From a virus (Duplodnaviria > Caudoviricetes): 60,600 bases of DNA. The notes under the pieces are model-generated. The model did not search any database. It had not been told where the DNA came from and was given only the letters and a program-made list of their open reading frames with translations. This document shows positions 17,947-28,187 of the stretch, in pieces (the stretch's first letter is position 1; each line of letters opens with the position of its first letter). The stretch covers positions 1 through 60,600 of IMG/VR virus record IMGVR_UViG_3300036791_000464. One strand, written 5' to 3'. The translations under genes and the position numbers were made by a program.

Positions 17947-20900
17947 GTGCTCGGTTATCCGAACACGAGGCCACCCGTCATTACACGGGTGACTTCCTGC
18001 TCAGTTGACCGGATCGACCTCAAGAATCTCGCGGTCGTCAGACCAATCGACATCCGTACCGTCGAAGTCTTCGAACTCCGCAGCATCTTTGGCGTCGTCT
18101 TCGTCTTCGGCATAGATGTAGATCGTGACTATGCCAGTGACCTGCATCTTGACTTTGTACTCTTGCTCGTCAGGCACGTTAGTCCCTTCCGAAGCCAAGA
18201 GGCAGATCCGCGCCCTCAGCTTCATCGATTGCTCTCTCAGTGTCGCCCCCAAGGAGCCGTTGCTGCTACGCCGACACTACTTGTTCAGCGACTTGCCACT
18301 GCTTCTTACACCCTTGCTCGGATTGACGCTGATGTTCGCTTTGGCGCCAGCCGAGCTTCCGGCCGTCCTGGCTCCCATGTCGATCTTCCGACTTGCGCGA
18401 ACAACCGTTCCGCCGCGAGTTGCTCCTGAGATCGGGAACTCTGCGTACATGAACTCGCGGTTGATCTTGACCTGATCACGCAGAGCGATCTCCAGACCGG
18501 AGCCAACCGACTTCACTGACTCGTTCCTCATAGCGTGCAACCGCTGTCCAACTTCGGCTGCGAATCCTGCCGAGAAGTTGCGCCTGAACGTCTTCCAGTG
18601 ATTGTAGTTCTGCGGGACACCGCGCACCTTGCACTCCTTGCGATAGTACCGCAGCATCGAGTCGCGAGCTTTCGTGCGCTCCATGTCTGTGTTGAACCCA
18701 GCGGCCTGCATCGCCTCGCCGGTCTCATCCCAGCCGATGCCAGCCTCGCGGAACAGCACGAGGTTATCGAACATCGACTTGAGTGGATCGGCTTTCGGAT
18801 GCGTAGACTCGACCAACTGAGTCATCAGCGACGAGAACAGCAGAGTCATGTAGCCGAGGTCAGCTTCGGTTCCAATAACCGGAACCTTACAGCTTTCCCA
18901 TGTTCTACGAGTATGACTGTAGTGCTGCTTGTGGATGACGATGACGCAGTTCGCGTGCCGAGCCACATCTAGGAACAGAGACCAAAGTGCGTCGCTGATC
19001 TCCGGGAATGGCCCGGACTCAAACGCGAAGCTGTAGTCGAAGTCGTGGATGATTGGCGTCCGCCCGTCAATACGACCGGCATCGTGCTGCGCCAACTCCC
19101 AAAGCTCGACATTGTACTTCATCATCAACTCGTCGGCCTTGGCCATGAAGACTGCGCGCTCACCTTCGAACTCGGTGCTCTCAGCCTTGGCCAAGAGTCC
19201 CTGGATCTTGGAGAGCAGGTCGTCTTTCTGGATCGTGCTCATCTGGTACCCTCCTTTTGGGGTAAGACACTATGTACCATACATAATGTCTGGGCCACCC
19301 GGTGGTGTTCCGGGTGACCGAGGCATTACACCTGGCCAAGCTCCCAGATCGTCACAGGATTGTGACAGGCAGGAGCATTGTGATACGACATCAGATCCAT
19401 GCCTTCCCAGATCAGTCCGTAGGCGATGCCGCCGTTGAACTGATTGTTATACTGGACGATCTTCACGCACCGCATCGAGTGCGGATTGCCCGGCTCATCC
19501 CAGCCGTCATCTGCAATAACTTGATCGACGACCTCGCGACTATTGACGGTAGTCATTACGTCCTCTCGTTCAGGATACCATTTTCGATCAGAAATGTCTT
19601 GTAGATCGGGAAGACGTTATTGTATGTCTTCTTCCCAATCTCGACATTGTGTTTCTTCAGGATCACGACAGCCTGCTTCAGCGGTGACAACCGCCAGCGT
19701 GGGCCATCCGGGTGCTCGACTATCATCTTCATCTTGAAGTAGACCTGAAGATAGACGAACGCTCTGATCTCATGAGGCTGGTCGAGGATGAACCCTTCGC
19801 CACTCATGACTCATACTCCTGTAGTTTGACGACGAGTGCATCGTGCTTCTCGGCTAGGTACAGCAGAGCCGAGCGTACATCTTGCAACGCTCCAAGGATG
19901 ATCTCAGCCTCGTCCCAGTTCAGACTTGAGCTAGGACTCTCGGCCATATCCGAGATCGAGCCGATCACGCCATCAAGGTTATTGATGTCGCTTACGACCG
20001 ACGCAGGAATGTTCCGGATGGTGAACTCTTCATCCTCTCCATTCATGTGCTCATCGCTCCGTGCTCGTCGATCCCACCGATGATAGGATTGCCAGTCGTG
20101 TACTTGATCTGTACGGACATATAACCTTCCGGCAGACCAAGACCGCCTCTCTGGACGATGATCTCCTCGACCGAATGACCCTCAGACAGATCGACAAGCT
20201 TACGCGCTTGCGCCATCGTAAGGTGGTCGAGTGCTTGTGGCGTCATTTTGATGACGACCATACGGTACCCTCCTTTTGGTTTAGAGCCTACACCACGCAG
20301 ACTCCGACCGTCTCTCCATGAGAGACGGCCGCAACCTAGTTGGTGTCCTTCTTCCATGCTCGGTCGCTTGCGCGCTTCTGGGAACGCCTGGCGGCTTTCT
20401 CAGCCTTGCGCATAGACGACTTGAGGTTGCCTGAGCCATGCAGGATGAACTTACCGCGCTTCATCGAAGCGGCTCGCATTCAGGGCAGAACTCACGATGG
20501 GCATCGTCGTGCAGCCCTTGCATGTGAGCATCCGCCATGTCTGCGATCTCGTCGTCCATGTTTCTTGCACTTGGGACGATCTCTGTTGAGCCGAAGTGGT
20601 GCTCATAGCTGCCGGCTTGGGCATGAATGAACACACCAGGCTTCCAGCCCATCCGCTCGCACTTTCGCTTCATTGCTGCGACACTGTCATCGAACTGCTC
20701 GACGGTGCCACCGACCATGACGAATCCGACGTACTTGTCGCCGTTTCCCCAAGTGTCTGTGATGCCGAACGTCGAGGCCATCGGCCTCTTGGCGATCCTC
20801 ATCTTCCAGGGTTTCCGAGCTTCGCTGCTGATGCAGGCGACAACCTCGGTATCCGGATTGGGATCGATTTGAACGCGGTTACTCATTGGGTACCCTCCTT

Positions 20901-23900
20901 TCGTACATGTTCGGATCACCCGAACACGAGGCCCCACCCAGTGGATGGGACTTCCTGCTCAGCTGATGACCTTGCTGTTGTTGGAGAGAGCGATATTGAA
21001 GAGCGGAACGAACTTGTACTTTTCCACCGGGCTGGCGACGATCCAGACCATCTTCTTCTTGGTGCTGGTGCCGTCCTTATGGTGGATTTGGCTCATCTTC
21101 TCTTGCTTCTCAAGCTTGAGCTGGACGCCATCGATCTCGATGGTCTTCTTGCCGGCCAACCAGGCTGAGCGGATCAACTCAACTGAAGACTTATCAGTCG
21201 CCATCAGTCAACCTTCTTCGACCAATTGCTGTTGTCGTCGTTCTCGGGCTCATACTTGTGGAGCATCGCTTCGATCTCTGCGACTACTCCCTCATGGAAC
21301 GCGGTCTCATAGACATCGAGCAGATGCGGCTCGCCATCGTCGCCGTAGCGGTCGAGTTCTTCCATGCAGACTTGTTCCCAAGTGGGATCGTCTGCCCATT
21401 CGCCGCTGACTCGCGGCATCGGAAGCATGTCCATGATCTCAGGATCGATGTTCTCCATACCTTCCATGATTCTCTTGAGGAACTCGTACGGATTGTCCGT
21501 ATTCCCATCGACCATCCAGGTTGCGGCGTTTTTGCCGTCCTGCTCACCGCGCTCGGCGATGATCGCGTCGTCTTTGTCCTCGGACGTGTCTGCGATCCTG
21601 CCTGACAACTCTTCGTGATGCTGATGGTACGCAAAGAGGAGATGCTGGTGAAGAATCGAGATGTCCGAGATGCTGGCGAAGTGCAAGAAGTTCTGTACAG
21701 CAACGCCAACTTCCTTCGATGAGACAATAAAGCTGCCGGCATCGTGGTCGATTGCGTGAACAACTCGGCCATCATCCATGACTTCTTCGCTGTAGATTGC
21801 GAAGACCTTCATTGGTACCCTCCTTTGTTCGGCCGTGCTTGGCTTATCCGAGCACGAGGCCCAGCGCGCGATGCTTTGCGTGCTGGACTTCCTACTCAGC
21901 TAGTCCGCGTCGAACTTAGTAATGTAGAGTTGCTTCTTGATTCCGAAGAACTCCATCATCTCTGCCGGAGCGCGCTTGGCGTACAGTTGGCGCTTCGTCC
22001 AGATTGTATAGCCGGTGCCGAAGCCGGACGGCATGAAGTTGTACGGCTGTCCGCTCAGCAACGTCTTGCTCACCTTTGTTCTTGTCTCTGGCGTTACCGA
22101 GAACGGAATGCCCGGAACAGAAGTTGAGACAGCGATGCGCTTCAGTGACTCTGGAATCCGCTCCGTGATGTAGCGGTGGATCGCTTCGTTGGCTTCGTCA
22201 CTTGGACTCACGTACGGCTTCGGTGTGAACTTCAACGGATTGCTGATGTAGAAGCTGTCATCGACGCCGTAGCGGTCGTATGAGCGACGGATCTTGTCCG
22301 GGGCCATGAAGCTAACATGACCATCGGCCAAGAAGTAGTCGTTGCGATCACCGGAGAAGTTGATCTCGATAATCGTCCAAGGAGCTTTCATCTGGGTGAG
22401 GTACAAGCTTTTGAACTTCTTCTTTGTCCAATCGTTGACCTCTTCCCTGACTTCACTTACAAAGCCCTTTGGAACCACGATTTCACGGATCAACGTATCC
22501 GGCTTCGGAACAACCGGCTTGATGTTCTTAGCCGTCATTCCGTCACCTGGTCGGCCGTGACCCAGAGTTGACCTTTGCCGACGCCGAGCGTTGTGTACTG
22601 CCGGTAGCCGCGCCAATGTCGCGCGCAGCCATTCGCCCACGGGCCCATACTCGTTTTGAAGTCGTACGGGCCAGGAACGAACTCGTCATCTTCCATCTGG
22701 CAGAAGTTGCAGTTGGGAATGCGATCGACAAGAATGACCTGATGGGGGATGAGCTTGAGCTTAGTCATGCTAGTCCACCACCCATCCGTCATCGAGAAGA
22801 GCATCGACGTTGTCGTACGTCTTCAGCTTGCCACCACCAGGCAGTTCGCCAAAGATCGTCGAGTTGCTCTGGATGGTCAACTCTGCGTTCTCATCGATCA
22901 TCTGCATCCCAGCCGCTAGCACTGCCGTCTCGATGCCTACGTCTTGCGACTTAGCGCGACGCTTGATCGGGAGCAGCAGATGCGGCCACCTGTATGGATC
23001 GAGGATCATCTCACGATGCTCCTCGCGTGTATGACCTGTCCAATCCTTTGGACTCGTCATTTTGGTACCCTCCTTTTGGTTTTGTACTAGGATCTCCTTT
23101 TGGACTGATGTCCGGCATGGGACAGTGATGTTCTGTCCCTGCCGCGCATCAGTGTGACAAGAAGAACAAGATTGCGTCGATGACCTCGCGCGCTTCACCG
23201 ATGTTGTCGCTGTTGATGATCGCCATCCTGGGATTGCTTTTGCCATCCAAGATCGGCTTGTCCCAGTTGAAGACGTTGTGGTTCCGCTGGAAGTGGAACT
23301 CCATCGTCAGTTGAGATGTGTATGGCGTTGACTCTTGCTCGATGAAGTGGATAACGCCGCAGTTGCTGGCGCTCCATTCCGCGACCAACTCGTAATCCAA
23401 GCTGTTGGCGGATGACTCCAGATCCTCTATGAACTTCTGCTGGAATGTTTTCATTGGGTACCCTCCTTGTTTTCATGCACCATGTACCCAAGCTTATCTC
23501 GGGCACAAGGCCGCTCGCCGTGTTGCTTGTTGGTGAGCGACCTTCTGCTCGCTACGCCTGCTTGGCGGCTTGGAGCATCGCAACACCGAGCGAACCAAGG
23601 TTGCTCGTTGTGCGGATCTTGACCACGATCTTCTTCTTGGTCATTGCGGTACCCTCCTTGGGGTTTGTTCTATGCGTACTCGGTTGAGCACGAGACCGCA
23701 TCCCGTGTTGCTGGTGGGATGCGATTTCCTACTCAGTTGCCTGTTTGTTCCTTTGATTCGCGCAGAATGACGATTCCCTTCTGCCTTGCTGCGTGGCGCT
23801 CGTTGGCGAACTCGTCGTTGATGAACGCCAACTTCTCCCAGACGTTGACGACACTACCCTCTAGTGCCTTGAGGGCATTGGCGACGACGCAAGCGAGGTA

Positions 23901-24396
23901 CAACTTGTTCTCCAACTCGATGGCGATGCCGGCTGCGTCCGCGATGGCGTCGTCCAAAGTCTTGTTCTCTGGCTTGGGGTCGAAGCGCAGCGTCTCCTTG
24001 TTGTAGCCAAGTTGAGCATTCCATTCCTTGGCCACTTCGGGGTAGTCGCCATCCTCTTCGTAGATCCCATCGGACTCGCCGCCCCAATCCATTCCGAGGT
24101 CAGCAGCGACCCACATAGCCGCGACGAGTGGGATGTTCTTGTAGCCGTAGGCCGTTGGGAACCATCCCATCTCTTCGTTGAACCGCTCGGTCTCTTCCTT
24201 GGTTTTGACCTCGCGGCCATCGCCAATGAACTCGACCTTGGACAATGTGTCCAAGCAGCGGTTGACGAAGGACATCGCTTCGCTATTGAAGTCGTATCTC
24301 ATTTCGGTACCCTCCTTTGGGTTTTGCTTTTGTTTCCGTACCGATTGGCACGAGGCCATCGAGCGTAATGCTTTTTGCTCGATGACTTCCTACCAT
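17947..24396 (-). repeat. Repeated intergenic tandem-hairpin element (6 copies)
   Basis: GYAGGAAGTC-hairpin-GGCCTC-GTGY..hairpin at about 17947, 20907, 21835, 23483, 23676 and 24338. Confidence 0.85.
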
Positions 24397-25707
24397 CAGC
24401 GGCGGATTGTGAATCCGATGATCGTCGCGAACACAATCGGGATTGTGGAAACAATCGCGATTGCTGACTGATTGACTGTTGCGCTCGCTGCTGCGTTGAG
24501 CATGATGAGCGCGAGTCCGATGAGCGCGAGTCCGATGAGGACGAGCCCGATGCTTCTCGTTTGGGCGGTCATCGCTTGGCCGTTCTTCTCGCCTTGAGAT
24601 CGGCGTAGAACTTCGCATCGGATTCTGTCTTGATGCGCTTGATCTCCTTGCGCGCTTCCTTGATCTTTCGCAGCGTTTGGCGGTAGTTCGTGATGACTTC
24701 GTTGGCCATGTTCTCATGGAGCCAGCCAAGGCCGTTGCCGTCGTTGGCCTCTTCCTTGGCCTTGATGAACTCCTCGATGCGGTTCTTGATGACCGTCTCG
24801 ATTTGGATCAGATCCAAAGCGTCGAGGACAAGTTCGGTTTCGATGTACTCTGATTGTGCCACGGGTTGGTACCCTCCTTGTGGTTTGGTCGGGGTATCCG
24901 ACCGGCGCGGGATGCGCTACTCGCTCACATCCCCGCCGCTCGAAAGCCGTCCATGTTCCGAACACTTCTTGCCGGTTATCGCCGTTCTCGGACATCTGTT
25001 GCCTCCCTTGATAATCGTTACAAGGTAGGACGTGTTGTCCTTCCGCTTCTTGCGGAATGTGATCTTCTTGCCGTTCGAGATGTGGTCGCATTGGCGAAGC
25101 GGGAAGGTGTTTGGTGATTTTGCCTTCCGCCCAAGTCCGCGCGTCTCAAACTCGGATAGTCCCGAGTTGCGGAAATGGTTTCTTGCCATTTCCTTGTTTC
25201 GACGACGTTGTTCTCTCGTCTTATGATCCATTGCTGTTTCCCTTCCCTTTGGGCGGGCGGGGTTATCCTCGCCTCATCTAGCGTCGTCGCGGTTGGAACG
25301 TTGGACGGCGCTCGATGAGGCGACGGGGTTTGTCTTCCCCGCCGCCCCGCCGTAAGGAGGGGGTACCATTATATAGTTATCAAGCTACGATGGGGATTTG
25401 CGATTGCCCCGTTCTCATTCCTACCGTTGCCCCGGAGAGCTTGCCGATTTCTCTACTCGGTACCGTCCGCCGACGCTAGTTCGGGGGATCGGTCTCTACG
25501 GGCGTGGACGCGACGGGCGAACCATTGAGGATACTCTCCCGGACTCTTGTCTATATCCTTGAGGATTTCTCTATTAGGATCGCCCAAATGCCGCCGTCCC
25601 TCAAGTTGTTGCCTCGCAGCCATACCGGTTACCATCTCCTCGATTCGCTCGTCCGTATCGCGCGCCCGCCGGATCGCTCTCGCGACCCGGCCTCCGCTTT
25701 GTCCCAT
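18001..25707 (-). other. Early-region array of small hypothetical genes (e.g. 19326-19556, 19556-19807, 19804-20046, 20043-20261, 20461-20886, 20959-21204, 21204-21812, 21900-22538, 22535-22768, 22770-23060, 23149-23454, 23733-24302, 24569-24862, 24917-25231, 25453-25707)
   Basis: Co-oriented, tightly packed ORFs, many preceded by AAGGAGGGTACC. Confidence 0.75.
18277..19242 (-). CDS. DUF2786-domain protein
   Basis: N-terminal LLSKIQGLLAKAEST...KADELMMKY. Confidence 0.75.
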   Translation of the reverse strand: MSTIQKDDLLSKIQGLLAKAESTEFEGERAVFMAKADELMMKYNVELWELAQHDAGRIDGRTPIIHDFDYSFAFESGPFPEISDALWSLFLDVARHANCVIVIHKQHYSHTRRTWESCKVPVIGTEADLGYMTLLFSSLMTQLVESTHPKADPLKSMFDNLVLFREAGIGWDETGEAMQAAGFNTDMERTKARDSMLRYYRKECKVRGVPQNYNHWKTFRRNFSAGFAAEVGQRLHAMRNESVKSVGSGLEIALRDQVKINREFMYAEFPISGATRGGTVVRASRKIDMGARTAGSSAGAKANISVNPSKGVRSSGKSLNK

Positions 25708-25899
25708 TGTCCGTTCTAGCTCCTTGAACGTTGGGCCGGACTCGGATGAGAAAACGAGCGCGACTCATCCTAGCTCGCGCTCGTTCAAATCCCGGATTTT
25801 CAAAGTTCGCCCGCTCCGTCGTCGGCCGCCGGAGCGGGGGACGGGAGCGGCTATCGAGGTACCCCTCTATTCTACCGGAGCGCGGTTGGTGCCGTAGGG

Positions 25900-26580
25900 T
25901 CGGTTAGGGTGGGAAATAGTTGGGTATTTAGTTGGGGATCTCCTTTTGTTAGTATTTGGTTAGAGTTTTATGTAGTATTTTGTTAGAGTTTTATGTAGGC
26001 TCTCTTGATTTTTGAAATGGTGTTTCGTTTTTGGTGCTTTTTTGTGTTGTTTTTATGTGCGTGGTTTGGATTTGTGTTTGGAGATGCGGCTCGGGCTTGA
26101 GTTGGAGAAAATGGGCGGAACCGGCAAAATTGAGATGGACTTTTGTTTTGAACCTCCTTAGGGACATTCATCGGGTTGTTTTTGCTCAAAAACGTGCTGA
26201 TTTGAGTTGTTAGAACACGTGAAAGTACGCTTGTCTTGAGTTGTGAAACGCTTACAAGATGTTTTGTGTTGAAAAGTAGTTTTTAGGAGATCCTCAACTC
26301 ATGACATCTACAACATGCACCATGTTTTCAGGCTTAGCTTTGAATTGACTTGGGCATGCACCAACACACATGCAACATGCACCAACTTTTTGAGCTTTGT
26401 ATTGAGTTGAGTTGGGTTGAGTTGAATTGTTTTGAGTTGGAACTGTCTTGAGTTGGAATGGTTTGAGCGCCGAACAATACAAGCGCGCAAGACAATTCCA
26501 AGACAAAACAAGTTCAAGACAAAACAATTTCAAGTTCAAACAATTCGACCTCAAATCAATCCTAAACTCCCTAACTAAAC
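25900..26580. repeat. AT-rich non-coding repeat block (candidate origin or genome-end region)
   Basis: 23-bp tandem repeat, many TTGAGTTG copies, CATGCACCA x3, CAAGACAA x3, T/G to A/C skew flip near 26470. Confidence 0.7.
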
Positions 26581-26673
26581 TCTAAGGCGGCCCTAAGGTT
26601 CGGCGCGCTACGATAGTCGTATCGACTAACGGAAAGGGCGCCCGGCGGATCCGGCGCGCCCGGAAAGGTACTA

Positions 26674-27171
26674 ATCGCTACCTACGACCTCCCTAAGCTA
26701 AAGGCTCTCGCCGCCGCCGAGTACGACCGCGACGCGGCCGACGCCGGTACGACGTTCCCGTACTCTCCTTCGCGCGCGGTCTCCGCTATCGCGAAGAAAA
26801 CGAACCTCCGGAAGCCGTACCTTCGAGGTATCGTCGATCCGATCTACTTCCGGGCGAACGGTCTCGCCGCTCCGCTCGATGTCTCCTCTCGCGCGGCGGA
26901 CGCTGCGCCTACCGTCGCGTCGATCCGCGCGGCCGTCGCGAAGCGTCGCGACGCGGGCGGAACCCTCGGACGGTGGGATACGCTCTCCGCGTCTCTCTCC
27001 GCCGCGCTCGGCCGTCGCGTCTCCGAAGCCGCGACGAAGGGGTACTACGACGCGGCGCGCGGCGAGGGAGCCGCGACGGAGGGAGCGTCGTATACCGGAC
27101 GCGGAACCCGGATCGGCGCGCCGCTCTCGCGCGAAAGCGCGACGGCCGAGGTCGATTCGACGCTCGGCTAG
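26674..27171 (+). CDS. Hypothetical protein with putative ATC start in a CA/TG-depleted block (missed by the ORF track)
   Basis: 165 sense codons ending at TAG 27169-71; GAAAGGTACTA RBS-like sequence before ATC; upstream in-frame stop at 26614; downstream hairpin. Confidence 0.7.
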   Translation: MATYDLPKLKALAAAEYDRDAADAGTTFPYSPSRAVSAIAKKTNLRKPYLRGIVDPIYFRANGLAAPLDVSSRAADAAPTVASIRAAVAKRRDAGGTLGRWDTLSASLSAALGRRVSEAATKGYYDAARGEGAATEGASYTGRGTRIGAPLSRESATAEVDSTLG

Positions 27172-27176
27172 CCGCC

Positions 27177-27217
27177 CGCCGGAGCGCCCGCCGGAATCCT
27201 CCGGCGGGACTCCGGCG
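27177..27217 (+). terminator. GC-rich hairpin after the ATC-start ORF
   Basis: cgccggag..cccgccgga-atcc-tccggcggg..ctccggcg. Confidence 0.45.
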
Positions 27218-27514
27218 TTGCGGTGCTGGGGTTTTGCACGGCAATCAACTTTCATCCATATCGCACAAACTGCGGCGCCCACAAAAAACCATCGTACCGG
27301 GTCGGGCGCGCCCCTACGCGCGCGAACCTATCGCCAACTACTATATCGCCGCCGCGACCCTCCCCAACCCCTCGCGCGTACGAGTCCGCGCATGCGCCTA
27401 CGGAAACCGTTTCACCGGGTCGGGCGCGCGCGTAAGGGTAGACGCATGCGCGAGCGCGACACCGGAGCAACTATCGGTTGTCGCGGGCGGGCGCGCTATA
27501 GTAGTTCGCGCCTA

Positions 27515-27543
27515 TAGACTTTCAAACCGAAATCGGCTATACT
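27515..27543 (+). promoter_or_regulatory. SigA-type promoter
   Basis: TAGACT-17 nt-TATACT upstream of the gene at 27606. Confidence 0.7.
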
Positions 27544-27605
27544 CGACCGACCATCCCCGTAAGGGGATGATTTCTCCGCAAACAAACAAGCTAAAGGAGA
27601 GCACA

Positions 27606-28010
27606 ATGCCAAGGACACGCAGAACAACCCCCACCCAGACCACCGCAGCCAAGCAGCCCAGCCAAGAGAACTTACATTACTTGGCAGGAGTCTTTGAGGC
27701 AACAAGGACTCTAGCGGGTGTAAATGTAAACTCTGCTGTCGCCATCTCGCGTTCATCAGACTGGGCCAAGTTCATGGAGCAGACTTTTGGGCAACAGGGT
27801 TCCGCTTCAAGCTTTGTCGGTGGGAAGAGTGGAAGGACTTGGTGGGGTTGGTTCCCAAGTCTTCAAAGACGGCTCGATCTCATCATCATGCTGCAGAAGG
27901 CAGATGTAGCTCGCGCAACAACATCAGATGAGTTCGAGAAGTTCAAGAACCAGATTCAAAAAGCCATCAACAACCAGCAGGTTGATGAGAATCTCCCGGA
28001 TAACGGATGA
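27606..28010 (+). CDS. Hypothetical protein (CG-poor gene)
   Basis: AAAGGAGAG RBS, ATG at 27606; short hairpin after the stop. Confidence 0.75.
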   Translation: MPRTRRTTPTQTTAAKQPSQENLHYLAGVFEATRTLAGVNVNSAVAISRSSDWAKFMEQTFGQQGSASSFVGGKSGRTWWGWFPSLQRRLDLIIMLQKADVARATTSDEFEKFKNQIQKAINNQQVDENLPDNG

Positions 28011-28187
28011 ACCCGCTAATAGCGGGATTTCATTACTAGCGCCCAGCGCCGGTCTCTAGTAGAATCGAGCTACGCTCCGGGCCTGGGGCCAGCGGATGTT
28101 TGTTAGCCGCACCCATCCGCTGGCGGCACGTGGGGTGCCGTCCAGGCCCGGAGCGCCAACAGCCAAACACCAAAAGGACAAACAACC

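Larger units (their letters stand above)
15672..24877 (-). repeat. Start-associated motif GGAGGGTACC (11 exact copies)
   Basis: ggtaccctcc on + at 15672, 17931, 19245, 20264, 20889, 21814, 23064, 23457, 23648, 24306 and 24868, each 0-5 nt from a start codon. Confidence 0.9.

Noticed and set aside
17947-24396. Repeats as a CRISPR array, hammerhead ribozymes or integron attC sites
   Set aside because: Spacing is gene-sized, there is no CUGANGA/GAAA core or RYYYAAC/GTTRRRY ends, and no cas or integrase gene is present.
25983-26554. Short ORFs in the AT-rich block
   Set aside because: Low-complexity translations of repeats with no RBS.
26698-27517. Track ORFs 26698-27282(-), 26879-27517(+), 26909-27244(-) and the 5' part of 26973-28010
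   Set aside because: Arg-rich shadow frames of CG-rich DNA with no RBS; the protein-like frame is 26674-27171.
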